A DNA stretch of 64,000 bases from Myxococcota bacterium (GCA_030065855.1 JASJCT010000002.1:5414-69413); one strand, 5' to 3'; positions 48,764-59,280 are shown, counted from the stretch's first letter. Notes: a model not told the origin generated them from the sequence alone. Numbers and translations are program-made.

Positions 48764-50527
48764 CTATTTGATTTTGTATCTAAAATGATAAAGCAAGAAA
48801 GCCGCGGAAGACAATGTTGTAGCTGCGTCTTGGACAAATAGTGCCTGGTCATTGGTGACGTCACCATATATAATTGCTCTTTGTTGAACGTTACCACTTG
48901 TTGATATGGCTTCGCCAATAAGATCATAAGCTGCGATCAAATTGGATGGTATTGGCAAACCAATCCTGATTTTGCTAGTCATACCAGAACTTATTGATCC
49001 TCTTGAAATCTGACCAAAAACTTCAACGGTAGTACTGTTCTTGCGATACTGCGCAATTGTAGCTGTTGGAGAGCCTCCGTTTGACACATCGACCAAGGAT
49101 GGTGTGTAGGAACTTTCCTCTTCAATGGTGTCCCCACTCGGATCGTCCATGGCAATATATGAATTTCTGTTCCCCCTGGTGTTTAAGGTCGGATCAGCAA
49201 ACGTTGTGTAGTCTGTTGCGTCAAACCTCGTCGGTCTATTAGCTGTAATGATGCTATTCGCTTCCGCTTTCATAACTGTTGAGTATTTACTTGATTTCAA
49301 CTCATGATCGTCGATGGTCACGAAAGATATTTGACTTCCATATTGTGCAAAGTAAGCAGGGTAATTTGTTTTTTGTGTTGTCCCACCATCAGCTTCACAT
49401 GTATTCAATGTAAGGGACGATGAATATTCAGCGTGATAGCCACGGTCACATTCAAATGTGTTGCAAGAATTGCACGATACTATGCTGGCACCACTAATCA
49501 GGAAGCCTGCAACCACGCCATAATTAGCCTGGACATTTTGAAAATATGCTGTACTGGCACCGGACACATAAACACATTCTTGTGCTCCATTAACATTACC
49601 CTCTTTAGCATAGCAACCACATTGGTAGTTAATGTATATACCCTTGTCTCCATTATTATTTGCTTCGAATCCTCTCAATCTGACACGACTATTTTGTGAT
49701 ACAAACACTCCGTGCTGTGTGTTTCCAGCAAATGTGCAGTTGGTCAGATCCAAGTCCGAATTGATATTGCAATCAACACCCATGGTCTTGTTGTTTGAAA
49801 ACGAACAATTATCTGCTGTTAATTTAGAATCACAATCAACTCTCATGCCTGCGTATGTCGCTCCAGTGATGGTAATATTTTCAAGCGATACTTTGGACCG
49901 ATAGAGGCGGAATCCATGAATGTTATAGGGGGTTGCTGAAAAATCAAAAATTGCTTTATCTCTTGGGTTTGGACCCCGGATTTTTAACTCACGACCATCA
50001 AAAGCAAACATATGCGTGTGGTTGTAAGTACCTGCAGCCAGTTCAATTATCCAGCCCTTATCCGATCCGACGTAATTATCTATAATATCTATGGCTACGA
50101 ACAGATCGCTAACAGGATTGTATGGTGTCAGTCCGTCGTCAGATGGACTTCCCATTGTACTTACATAGATCTTGTTTTCTTGGCTCTTTTTCTTGTTGAT
50201 GTAAAACGTATCGCTTCCATTGACAATTCGGGCCTGCCCCACATGCGTAACATCGTGCAAATAGGGTAGATTAGCATCGACAAGATATTCGCGCCCTGGC
50301 CAAAAAACAGCAAGGCCCTGAGTATATGCATGGGAAATGGCTTCTTGTAGCGCGGTGGTATCAACTGTTGTGCCATCACCAACAGCACCAAAATCTCCCA
50401 CGAAGACTACCTCTTCATCAAGAGTTGCTGCGCTCGCCTTTCTGGTAGCTGCAACGCTACCAAGCAGAACCGCACCCGCCCCACTCATTAGCATTTTTCT
50501 TCGGTCGAGAAGGTCACTTCCTTTCAT
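48764..50527 (-). CDS. Tat-exported right-handed beta-helix protein resembling a phage tailspike/tail fibre
   Basis: Twin-Arg signal DRRKML...ASA; DFGAVGDGTTVDTTALQEAI; IYVSTMGSPSDDG; beta-helix repeats; C-terminal YTPSL...YRK...VEVFG...GLPI module. AT-rich. Confidence 0.7.
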   Translation of the reverse strand: MKGSDLLDRRKMLMSGAGAVLLGSVAATRKASAATLDEEVVFVGDFGAVGDGTTVDTTALQEAISHAYTQGLAVFWPGREYLVDANLPYLHDVTHVGQARIVNGSDTFYINKKKSQENKIYVSTMGSPSDDGLTPYNPVSDLFVAIDIIDNYVGSDKGWIIELAAGTYNHTHMFAFDGRELKIRGPNPRDKAIFDFSATPYNIHGFRLYRSKVSLENITITGATYAGMRVDCDSKLTADNCSFSNNKTMGVDCNINSDLDLTNCTFAGNTQHGVFVSQNSRVRLRGFEANNNGDKGIYINYQCGCYAKEGNVNGAQECVYVSGASTAYFQNVQANYGVVAGFLISGASIVSCNSCNTFECDRGYHAEYSSSLTLNTCEADGGTTQKTNYPAYFAQYGSQISFVTIDDHELKSSKYSTVMKAEANSIITANRPTRFDATDYTTFADPTLNTRGNRNSYIAMDDPSGDTIEEESSYTPSLVDVSNGGSPTATIAQYRKNSTTVEVFGQISRGSISSGMTSKIRIGLPIPSNLIAAYDLIGEAISTSGNVQQRAIIYGDVTNDQALFVQDAATTLSSAAFLLYHFRYKIK

Positions 50528-50765
50528 TTTTTTCTCCTGTTTAGCTGTTATTGAATTTATACAGCCATTTTATTTCAGTTATCTATACCTTCATAGCTTA
50601 ATTTGTCAAAAGTGTCAATCCCTTTTTTATTTAAAATATAATAGTGACCTTCGACCCATTATCATGCGAAATCAGAAATCCCTGCGCATGGAAATTCTAT
50701 GGGAAAGATTGCTGGATAGCTGTGTCTCGAAGAGGTGCTTTATTCGGGCTATGTCTACTGTGCAA

Positions 50766-52382
50766 CTACTGACTAAAAATAAATTCTCTTCTGGTATCTA
50801 CAAAATCTCGGATCTCTTGAACCCGATCCATGTATTCGTCAAGTGATGCGCGCATGCGCGGATCGACCAGGATTTCCGGTGTTGCCAGACAGATCGCATT
50901 GTCAATACGCCCGTCAATGAATTCAGGCGTGAATGTATGCTCGAGAATATGATCGATGAGGTCATGGTAGCGCTCTCGATACCCGGCAATTCTGTAGATT
51001 CGGTCCATAAGCTTATTGCAAAACCCCGGGCAAATACCAAAGTCTAGGGATCCGTTGGTAATAATGGCTTCGTCGAGCACGTCGTTCTCTGCGGTCCACA
51101 GGTGTCCGAAACTCAAGTCTAAATCCCAGGGAAACACCACCCACAAATCCTCTACTGACTCTGGATCGTGGTAAATGTAATAATTCTTTTTGATGTGATC
51201 CTGATTCTGAATGATCGCCATGGTGGCCATGTAGGTAAGGTATTCGTTGACATCGACCACATATTCGATCTCATCGATAAACGCTTCATCTGAGAGCTGC
51301 AAGGTATCCTCGATCAGGGAGATGAGATCGTCGTAAAAAATTTCACCCTTTTTAAGATCGTAAATACACTGGTAGGTTTCCAGGCTGCTGACCGGCGTTA
51401 AATTCCCCCCTGGATCCCAGCAGTCCGAGCTGGGGTCTGCTTCGTACATATTTCCGTTTCGGTTCAGTCCCCGGGTTCTCAAAAAGTCCCCCCCGATGCG
51501 CTCCGCTCGGTTCATCAGGCCGTAATATCGATTGTTGACCCGGAAGTGCACCATTTCTGTTTTTGGTGTGGGAATCCACGTGGCATTTCTAAAGACCTGG
51601 TAGCCCAGGTAAGTGCGCAGCATTGTCTTGTCGTTCCACTCGGCGCGCAGGATCAAATGATCGTGGGTATCCGGCAGCATGAGATCAGGCATAAAATCAA
51701 ACCGAAACGACTTTTTTAAAAAATCGCGACTGGTGCCGCCGTGGAGCCGCACTTTGGTCTCATACCCGATGCTGTCAACCGTTAAGATCGCCGGGACTCT
51801 TATTTTTTCAAATGGATGGTCAAGGATGAGATCCAAATCTTCCTGGTCGATCCCCATTTCCCACACGGAAAGCTGGGTGTCATAGGCCTTGACGCCCACC
51901 TCCCCGGTGCGACTGTCCGCACTATCGACAAACACGGCGGTCAGCCGATACTCCCCTGGCACGTCAAACCGAACCTGGGCCTCGGCCTTACCATTCACAA
52001 CCGGTGTTACCTCAAGGACTTGGGCCCCTTGTCCCACGTCGATCGCGATCGCCCCCTGTGCGTCTGTGTCGCAATCATCCGAGGCTGCTGTGCGAACTTC
52101 TATCTCAATCCGTTCGATCACGCCCACTGGCTGCAGCGCAGCAGATAGGTCGAGGAAAATAGCACCTGACGGCGCAGATACATGCGGCAGGTTAAAGCCA
52201 TCCTCATATGGCGAGCAATCGGGCAGTGACTCGATTTCAGTGGGCCACGGCAGGTCAGTTGCGATGTCGATGTCATTCACATCACCGATGTCATCTTCAC
52301 AGGCAGACAGGACGGCAAATCCAGTAAACATCCAACATAAAAAGAAATGTCGGGCCAAACGGTTCTTGTTGGGGCAGGTCAG
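50766..52382 (-). CDS. CotH-family kinase, lipoprotein
   Basis: HGGTSR...KKSFR, DKTMLR, YYGL...E, KNYYIY and PWDLDLSFG motifs; lipobox LSAC. Start inferred at CTG 52382 after AAGGAGGT. Confidence 0.88.
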   Translation of the reverse strand: MTCPNKNRLARHFFLCWMFTGFAVLSACEDDIGDVNDIDIATDLPWPTEIESLPDCSPYEDGFNLPHVSAPSGAIFLDLSAALQPVGVIERIEIEVRTAASDDCDTDAQGAIAIDVGQGAQVLEVTPVVNGKAEAQVRFDVPGEYRLTAVFVDSADSRTGEVGVKAYDTQLSVWEMGIDQEDLDLILDHPFEKIRVPAILTVDSIGYETKVRLHGGTSRDFLKKSFRFDFMPDLMLPDTHDHLILRAEWNDKTMLRTYLGYQVFRNATWIPTPKTEMVHFRVNNRYYGLMNRAERIGGDFLRTRGLNRNGNMYEADPSSDCWDPGGNLTPVSSLETYQCIYDLKKGEIFYDDLISLIEDTLQLSDEAFIDEIEYVVDVNEYLTYMATMAIIQNQDHIKKNYYIYHDPESVEDLWVVFPWDLDLSFGHLWTAENDVLDEAIITNGSLDFGICPGFCNKLMDRIYRIAGYRERYHDLIDHILEHTFTPEFIDGRIDNAICLATPEILVDPRMRASLDEYMDRVQEIRDFVDTRREFIFSQ

Positions 52383-52511
52383 CGGATACCTCCTTGAGTT
52401 GTGTTTCAATCCCTCCCCCCACCCGGATTGAGGTGGAAACCGAACATAAAAAGTCTGACCCAGTTTGTGGATTTTTCCATCAAAAACCACCTGCGGACAC
52501 TATAATTGGGG

Positions 52512-52991
52512 TTATCTTTTGCTCCCGTCCCGGCCGAGTTGGGCGCCGACTGCGCCTGTGATAGCGATGCGCAGCTCCTCGTTCGAAATGGCTTCTATCG
52601 CCCGCGCGATATCGTGGGGGATTTGGGCCATGGGCACGGCTACCTCCTGGGGATCCGGTCGCCCTGTTGGCGATACGGCAACGGACGGATCTAACCGAAG
52701 ATGGATGTCTCGCACGATTGACGGGCCGATCTCCTGATGGATTTTCTTGAGGATAGTGGGCTTGAGATAGGTCAACTCCTGCATCCAGGCCGAGGTGCCC
52801 ACTGCGACGAGGAGGGTTCGGCCGCGCAAGCGGATTGGGATGGCCCGTGTTGCCAAGTCTGGGCCCACGATGTCGATCCACCGTGCCCAAAGCTCTGGAT
52901 GGGTCTCTCTTTGGGAGGCCGCGACCTGCCTTAAAATAGGCTTGATAGTCGAGGAGACCTGGGAAAGTTGTCCCTTGCGCCTGCGCATCAT
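52512..52991 (-). CDS. dciA: DUF721 / DciA family protein
   Basis: WIDIVGPDLA...P..L....LLV.V..SAWMQEL.Y....I..KI pattern. Confidence 0.85.
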   Translation of the reverse strand: MMRRRKGQLSQVSSTIKPILRQVAASQRETHPELWARWIDIVGPDLATRAIPIRLRGRTLLVAVGTSAWMQELTYLKPTILKKIHQEIGPSIVRDIHLRLDPSVAVSPTGRPDPQEVAVPMAQIPHDIARAIEAISNEELRIAITGAVGAQLGRDGSKR

Positions 52992-53107
52992 GCCACCAGT
53001 CTACGCTCTTCAGACCTCTTGGGCAACGCGCACTGTGATGTTGGCAAATGCGCATTTTTTGCTACAGCAGTGGCCTCAGAGGGGCGGCAGCGGTATGCTG
53101 CCCGCAA

Positions 53108-54238
53108 ATGGCACTGGACCGCAAACCACAACTGCTCATCGTTGCAGGCGAACCCTCTGGGGATCGGGCTGCTGCGAATGTAGCAACCCAGCTCAAGCAG
53201 CAGGGTTGCACTGACCTGATAGGTGTGGGCGGAGACCAAATGGCCGAGGCTGGCGTCCAGCTGGTCTGTCACATCCACAACCAAGCCAGTGTTGGCGTGG
53301 CTGAAAGTGTCCGGCGGCTCAGCTTTTGGATGGATATGTGGCACAACCTCCGACACAGCGCTAACCGCCTGAAACCAGCCGTTGCTCTGCTCGTGGATGC
53401 GCCTGAATTCAACCTGCCCCTGGCGCGCGTTCTTTCTGAGGCAGGGACAACAGTCGTCTACTACGTCGGCCCCCAGGTGTGGGCATGGCGACGACACAGG
53501 CTCGGCTTGTTGAAAGAGCGAACAGATGTGGTCGCGTTGATATTGCCGTTTGAAAAGCCACTGTATGACCGGGCCGGGGTGAACGCTGTTTATGTGGGCC
53601 ATCCGCTCCTGGACGAACCGCGTCCGCGCAATCCGCGACACATTCGCCGGCAGCTCGGTATGGGGCCCATGGATCGCCTGGTGGCGTTCCTACCCGGCTC
53701 TCGCCCCGGAGAGGTCGCCCGGCATGCTGGTCCGATGATCGAATCTGCTGAGATGCTCACACAGCAGGGCATATCATGCGTTTTCGCGCCTGGGCCGCAT
53801 AGTGCAGCTCCTAAAATTATCGAGCGGGCAAAAGCAGTTGGCATGCAGTTGCCGCCTCCTCATGTCTCAGGTCGGAATGTACTCGGCGCAGCACGCGCAG
53901 CTATTGTCGCCTCTGGGACAGCCACACTCGAAGCTGCCACACTGGGCACGCCTTTGGCCATTGTCTACCGGGTCGACGGGATCAGCTGGCAGCTCGGTCA
54001 GTTCCTGGTTAAGGTACCGTACGTCGGCCTTCCCAACCTGATTGCAGGACGCGGTGGTATCCCGGAATTGCTGCAGGACCAAGTCACCGGCCCTGCTCTA
54101 TTTCAGCAAGCATTAAAACTCTTGGAGCCAGAGGAAAATCGCCGTCAAAAGGCCATTTTTGCTTTCATCGCCGACCAACTGGGCACTGCTGGCGCAGCCC
54201 GGCAGGTGGCATCCCTGGTCTTGGATCGATTGCCTTGA
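53108..54238 (+). CDS. lpxB: Lipid-A-disaccharide synthase
   Basis: IVAGEPSGD, GVGG, DAPEFN, YVGPQVWAWR, ILPFE, VGHP, LPGSR and SGTATLE motifs. Confidence 0.96.
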   Translation: MALDRKPQLLIVAGEPSGDRAAANVATQLKQQGCTDLIGVGGDQMAEAGVQLVCHIHNQASVGVAESVRRLSFWMDMWHNLRHSANRLKPAVALLVDAPEFNLPLARVLSEAGTTVVYYVGPQVWAWRRHRLGLLKERTDVVALILPFEKPLYDRAGVNAVYVGHPLLDEPRPRNPRHIRRQLGMGPMDRLVAFLPGSRPGEVARHAGPMIESAEMLTQQGISCVFAPGPHSAAPKIIERAKAVGMQLPPPHVSGRNVLGAARAAIVASGTATLEAATLGTPLAIVYRVDGISWQLGQFLVKVPYVGLPNLIAGRGGIPELLQDQVTGPALFQQALKLLEPEENRRQKAIFAFIADQLGTAGAARQVASLVLDRLP

Positions 54239-54286
54239 GTTGTTATAACATCAGCCGTTCATCGCAATTGCATATTTGGAGGTGAC

Positions 54287-55132
54287 ATGTACCAAGACCT
54301 TGAGGAAATCAACCGCCGTCCCACTCCATTTTCCTGCTACACAGCAGCAGATCTGTGGACCGACAGGCATACCTCTTCCAAAATGTTGGCCTATCATCTC
54401 GACGGTACAATCGACATCTCGTCGAGAAAAACGGCGTTCATCGACAGATCTGCGGCCTGGATTGCATCTCGCTTTGAGCTCGGTAAGGGAAAAATCGCAG
54501 CTGACTTTGGCTGTGGACCTGGGTTGTACACGACGCGCCTTGCTACGTCTGGAGCTACGGTCACTGGTATCGACTTCTCCGAACGTTCGCTTCAGTACGC
54601 GCGCGAGATGTCGAGGCGCAAGGGGCTATCGATTGAATACATCCAGACCAACTATTTGGACTTTAAATCGGACCAGCGATTCGACCTAATCACAATGATC
54701 ATGTGCGACTACTGCGCCCTCAGTCCAGACCAACGACATATGATGCTCGATACGTTCCTAACACATCTCCGGCCCGGAGGCGCGGTGCTGCTGGACGTCT
54801 ACTCACTGCGTGCCTTTAATGCAAGGGAGGAGACGGCCGCCTACGCCCACAACCTCCTGGATGGGTTCTGGTCTCCAAACCCTTATTTCGGATTTTTGAA
54901 TATATTCAAATATGAAGACGAAAAGGTAATACTAGACAAGTTCACCATTGTGGAGGAGAAACAAAAGCAGGTTTTTTACAACTGGCTGCAATACTTCGAC
55001 CGGGAAGCACTGAAGAAGGAAGTCGAAAAACAAGGTCTGCGGATCGATGCCTTCCTCGGCAATGTTGCGGGTGACGCCTTTGACCCAGCACTGAACGAAT
55101 TCGCCATCATTGCAAGGAAGCCGACCCATTAA
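54287..55132 (+). CDS. Class I SAM-dependent methyltransferase
   Basis: DFGCGPG, TGIDFS and LRPGG motifs; GGAGGT RBS. Confidence 0.92.
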   Translation: MYQDLEEINRRPTPFSCYTAADLWTDRHTSSKMLAYHLDGTIDISSRKTAFIDRSAAWIASRFELGKGKIAADFGCGPGLYTTRLATSGATVTGIDFSERSLQYAREMSRRKGLSIEYIQTNYLDFKSDQRFDLITMIMCDYCALSPDQRHMMLDTFLTHLRPGGAVLLDVYSLRAFNAREETAAYAHNLLDGFWSPNPYFGFLNIFKYEDEKVILDKFTIVEEKQKQVFYNWLQYFDREALKKEVEKQGLRIDAFLGNVAGDAFDPALNEFAIIARKPTH

Positions 55133-55494
55133 TAAAGTCGGCTGCTTACAATTTTCGCAACCCTGCCAATCCATTGGTATTTCACACAACATCTCTCGGT
55201 AAACTGCACCAGACTTGGGGTTCATATACTCTGGCACTACAGCTACTTGGATTGGCGGCGTAACTGCAATAATTTTTCACTTAGTGCGCAGAGCAAGAGA
55301 AAAGCAGCTGTCATTTTTTAATTTATTTTATATCACATCAAGTTATAAACTTTTAAGTGTCGCCCCAATCTAATTCTGAACCATTTGCAGATTGTCATTT
55401 TCTTGGTTGCTAATATGTACTCATATGTGCTAATTGTGAAAAGAAGAAAACAACCTTATGGAACTCCCCCGGAAGCAATAAAGGAGGTTACCCA

Positions 55495-57291
55495 ATGACG
55501 AAGCAGGCTAAAAGAAAAAAGCTGCGCACCTGGGTCTGGACCCGTTATATCCCCGCGGCCGCGGTGGCAGCGCTCCTGCTAGGGGCTGAATGTGAATCCG
55601 AACTGGAACGGTTGCCTGAGCTGCAGGAAGGTTCTCAACTGAGCGCCCTGACCCACAAATACTCCCAGCTGATGCAGCCCTGGGGTAGCTACTGGCGCTG
55701 GTCCCAAAATGGCGGCCAGCCGCTGGTAGCGAGCGGTGCCGAGTTGCCCGACTTTTCCTATGCCGGAGCCATCAATGGCACCTACAGTATACCGCAGCGC
55801 ATCGTGACCGTCACCCACGACAGCGACGACTGCAGCTCATACAACGATCAGTCGCCCTGCATCAACGCCTGGCTGCAAGAGGCCTCCGATTACTCAGCAC
55901 TGCTGCTAAAGGCCGGCGTCTACAAGATTCGTAATCCCATCGTGATACCGCCGACCAAGGTGCTTCGGGGCGAGGTAGACGGCAATGGTGTGCCCACCAC
56001 CAAGATCTGGGTTGATCTCGATGGAAGCGCCAGCGAGCCTACGGTGGGACAAGCCTACATCGTGGGATATCGAGGCCCCACCGAGGTTCAATCCTGGGGC
56101 AACGCCCCGTGGGTCAACAGCGTCCAGGGGGACGTGGCGGCAGGGTCAGTGGTGATTCCGGTGAAGTACGATCCGGGCCTAACGGGCATCACAACCGGCG
56201 ATTTCGTGTCCATTTCTCAGACGTTCAGCGACTGGAATGACCGCTGCAACGATTTTGTCAAGCTGTACAACACGGTGGACAGCAGCTGCCAGATCGATGG
56301 CCAGGATATCTGGAATAGCGGCAGCTCCACAATCGCCTATCTGCGACAGGTTCAGTCCATCAATCGCACCCCGCCCTACTCTATCACCATCAGCCACCCT
56401 ATCCGCCATCTACTTCGTTGGCAGGATCACTCCCACGTACGCAAAATCACCTTCATGGCCCAGAAGGTCGGCCTAGAGAACATCAAGATCGGTTTTACCC
56501 CCACCCATAACTGGGACACTGACGATTGTGAGAGCAACATCAACGGGTGCGGAACCGAGCAGACCTATGCCGCAGCACGGGCAGTGTTTTTCGGCAACGT
56601 AATCAACGGTTGGATCAAAAACGTCCACAGCTACGACCTGTCGTACAATCCCCCTGACCTTCACCTACACAGCCGTGGCATCGAACTACACACCTCCCAA
56701 TGGGTCACCGTGGAAAACACCTCCATGCAGCAGCCCGCCCACGTGGGCGGAGGTGGCAACGGGTATCTCTACACGCTCACAAACAGCGGTGACTGCCTGG
56801 TGAACAATGCCACCGCCGTCGACGGACGTCACAATTTCCTGTTCTATGGCGCCGGGAGTACGGGCAACGTGATCACCAGCGGCACATCCACCAACGGCAA
56901 ACTCACCAACGACTCGCACTTCGCCATGGCCCATGCCAACCTAGTGGAGAGGTTCACCCACACGGGCAACGTGTCCACCGAGAACGCGGCCTTCACCATT
57001 GCCAATCGTTATGCTGTCAGCAATGGCGCGGGACAGACCGGAGCTGATTTTACGTTCTGGAATGTCTCCGCCACCAAGCCAGTTAAATCCCGTCAGGCCA
57101 CGGCCAATGCCTGGGGCTACGTGATCGGAGCCTCCAGCGCCGACAGCTCCACCAGCACTGAGTGGCGCGAGCACATCGGTATCAACCTTTCTGAGCTACA
57201 GCCGCAATCCCTTTGGTGGGCCCAGTACACCAGCCGCAGGTACGATAAGTCGAACTATCAGGCCAACACGGGCATCGTGCCTTGGTGGTAA
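55495..57291 (+). CDS. Secreted pectin-lyase-like (right-handed beta-helix) protein
   Basis: AAGGAGG RBS, N-terminal signal, LPDFSYAG, AGVYKI, VLRGE, VGLEN, GGGNGY, GRH and NLVE motifs; strongly GC3-biased codons unlike its AT-rich flanks. Confidence 0.75.
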   Translation: MTKQAKRKKLRTWVWTRYIPAAAVAALLLGAECESELERLPELQEGSQLSALTHKYSQLMQPWGSYWRWSQNGGQPLVASGAELPDFSYAGAINGTYSIPQRIVTVTHDSDDCSSYNDQSPCINAWLQEASDYSALLLKAGVYKIRNPIVIPPTKVLRGEVDGNGVPTTKIWVDLDGSASEPTVGQAYIVGYRGPTEVQSWGNAPWVNSVQGDVAAGSVVIPVKYDPGLTGITTGDFVSISQTFSDWNDRCNDFVKLYNTVDSSCQIDGQDIWNSGSSTIAYLRQVQSINRTPPYSITISHPIRHLLRWQDHSHVRKITFMAQKVGLENIKIGFTPTHNWDTDDCESNINGCGTEQTYAAARAVFFGNVINGWIKNVHSYDLSYNPPDLHLHSRGIELHTSQWVTVENTSMQQPAHVGGGGNGYLYTLTNSGDCLVNNATAVDGRHNFLFYGAGSTGNVITSGTSTNGKLTNDSHFAMAHANLVERFTHTGNVSTENAAFTIANRYAVSNGAGQTGADFTFWNVSATKPVKSRQATANAWGYVIGASSADSSTSTEWREHIGINLSELQPQSLWWAQYTSRRYDKSNYQANTGIVPWW

Positions 57292-57445
57292 GCTTTCTTT
57301 TTTTGCAATGCTTCCTTGTAATCTCGAACAAATGACCATATCCGTTGTAACGCTTCAATTCGTTACCATTTGCTCTTGGCAGCCACCCTAGGACTGAGAG
57401 CTCTTCTCAGCCCCTTGCTCTTGGGCCAGTCATCTGGCAAAATCC

Positions 57446-58096
57446 TTACTTCGCTGACCTCAAGACCATGTCCATCAGTGTTCTATTGTCTGAATAGTCC
57501 AGGATCCAGAGATCACACTTTCCTCTCAACTCTTGCCCAACACCTACAAACTGCCATCCAACCGTCCGTGTACACTCAAGGTCCCACTGTGCATCCCCAA
57601 AATATATGATGCTGTCGAAGTTACCCCCGAGCCTCGACAAGCACTGCAGCATTATCTCGATTCGTTTAACACAATCATCACTTGAAACCAGCGGCTCATC
57701 TAGAAGCTGGAAACCGCCATGAACAAGTTTCATCCTCGCAGTATGCCCCCAATCTCCGGTCGCAATGCCCACCTTCACAGCGGTTTGTTCCTGAAGTGCC
57801 TCGAAAAACGCAACCGCCCCTGGCACTGATATGCTCCCCTCAGTGCTTTCTAAGTGCTGATAGATCGCGTATCCAAAACGTTCTCTTACCCTTTCTACGT
57901 TCTGGCGATCACATATATCGTTGTCCGCCATGATTTGTAGTAAAATCCCCACATCAGTGGCGGTCTTGTACTCACTCCAGTCAGTGCGGATCGAAACGTC
58001 TCCAAGGACCTCTTTAACAGCGCTGATATAACATCTATCATCGAAGCCCTGGCTGTTTACAAGTGTGCCGTCAACATCAAAAATAACCGCAATCAT
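57446..58096 (-). CDS. HAD-family hydrolase
   Basis: [11 protein letters not shown] and FGDAQWD motifs; true start at ATG 58096. Confidence 0.9.
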   Translation of the reverse strand: MIAVIFDVDGTLVNSQGFDDRCYISAVKEVLGDVSIRTDWSEYKTATDVGILLQIMADNDICDRQNVERVRERFGYAIYQHLESTEGSISVPGAVAFFEALQEQTAVKVGIATGDWGHTARMKLVHGGFQLLDEPLVSSDDCVKRIEIMLQCLSRLGGNFDSIIYFGDAQWDLECTRTVGWQFVGVGQELRGKCDLWILDYSDNRTLMDMVLRSAK

Positions 58097-58277
58097 CGTG
58101 GGTTCCTCTCCATCCCCTCTCCATCTCGATATCCACCTGAATGCGCGTGGCCCCTGCATCGAGTGCATTTTCGAGCAGCTCCTGTACCACCGAGCCCGGC
58201 TGCTCCACAACCTCTCCAGCTGCTATTTGATCTGCCACCTGTTCACTCAGGCGCACGATCCGAGCCTCACCCATCAT
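58077..58277 (-). pseudogene. mutL: 5' fragment (~50 codons) of DNA mismatch repair gene mutL
   Basis: [45 protein letters not shown] matches the MutL N-terminus. The GGAGGT RBS is intact and homology stops at about 58125. Confidence 0.9.
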
Positions 58278-58385
58278 CCTACCTCCAACCCTGATTTTGC
58301 CCTGGGCACAAGGTCAGTGCAACCCCGAGTGTTACTTAACATGGATTCCCAACTTTGCTGAATAACGCAGCTATCCGCGAATTCC

Positions 58386-58450
58386 CGTCATCCCCGCAAA
58401 AGCGGGCGCTGCAAAAGGGGTAATGCACGTCACTCCTGCAAGGGAATGAC
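58386..58450. repeat. Degenerate CGTC-type REP pair
   Basis: CGTCATCCCCGCAAAAGCGGG ... GGGAATGAC. Confidence 0.55.
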
Positions 58451-58512
58451 TGTTTTCTTCAATGATTTCAAAATTTGCAAATCGAGTTCGAGTTACTTTG
58501 GACACCAGTAAT

Positions 58513-59280
58513 CTAAAATGTAACTCCCAACAGCAAGGAGAGATCGGGTTTAATCTTGAGGAAAAGAACCTCATTGATAGGCGTTTCGTCAAAATTGGCG
58601 CTGCCATCTGCATAGTAGTAGTCAATTTGCTTTGCGTCCAAAGCAATGGTGGGAATATTCAAACGTAAGGTGAGCATAAGTGCAAGTACAGACGGAGACT
58701 TATAATGGTACGAAAATTCGGGAAGAATGAATGGTCCATAGGATCTGTATTCGTGGTGAGTGATCTGTGTGTTTTCTCCTGGAGGCGGAGACCAATCAAT
58801 CTCGTTTTGATCCCACCAAGGCGTGCCGTTGAAGCGGCCAAATTTCAGGTGTCCAATTGACAAACCAAGACCGAGGCGCACCTCGTGTCGCCCAGTATAC
58901 CCCAGAAGGAACGGCACTCCGATTCCCGTTCCAATGTGCCAACCTCTTGCCGCGTCAAGATCTGTTCCTAAATCCCCATAAATAGATCCGCGGATAGCCT
59001 GCCAGTAGAAACGGTCCCACCGCAGATTTACAGCAGCCCAAGACAAGGAGAACCCCCAGAAGCCAAAACCGGCCTGCAGTCGTACCCACTCGGTTCTGTT
59101 TTGCATAGCGCTCTCTGGTGAGTGTGAGTCAGCCACCTCAGTAAGATCTGACTCAGGAAGATGATGATCTTGGCAAGGATGCGCCGCATCAGTGTTTGGA
59201 TGATAATCTTTAGTGGTGTTAGCCCACACCGATGTCGCTATGAGATAGGTGACGATTCCGATGGTTACCTTGAGTTTCAT
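58513..59280 (-). CDS. Hypothetical secreted protein, probable outer-membrane beta-barrel
   Basis: GGAGG RBS, signal peptide VWA, amphipathic strands and C-terminal Phe (LGVTF). Confidence 0.7.
   Translation of the reverse strand: MKLKVTIGIVTYLIATSVWANTTKDYHPNTDAAHPCQDHHLPESDLTEVADSHSPESAMQNRTEWVRLQAGFGFWGFSLSWAAVNLRWDRFYWQAIRGSIYGDLGTDLDAARGWHIGTGIGVPFLLGYTGRHEVRLGLGLSIGHLKFGRFNGTPWWDQNEIDWSPPPGENTQITHHEYRSYGPFILPEFSYHYKSPSVLALMLTLRLNIPTIALDAKQIDYYYADGSANFDETPINEVLFLKIKPDLSLLLGVTF

Noticed and set aside
48764-50527. Prophage or tailocin locus
   Set aside because: No other phage structural, lysis or integrase genes are nearby.
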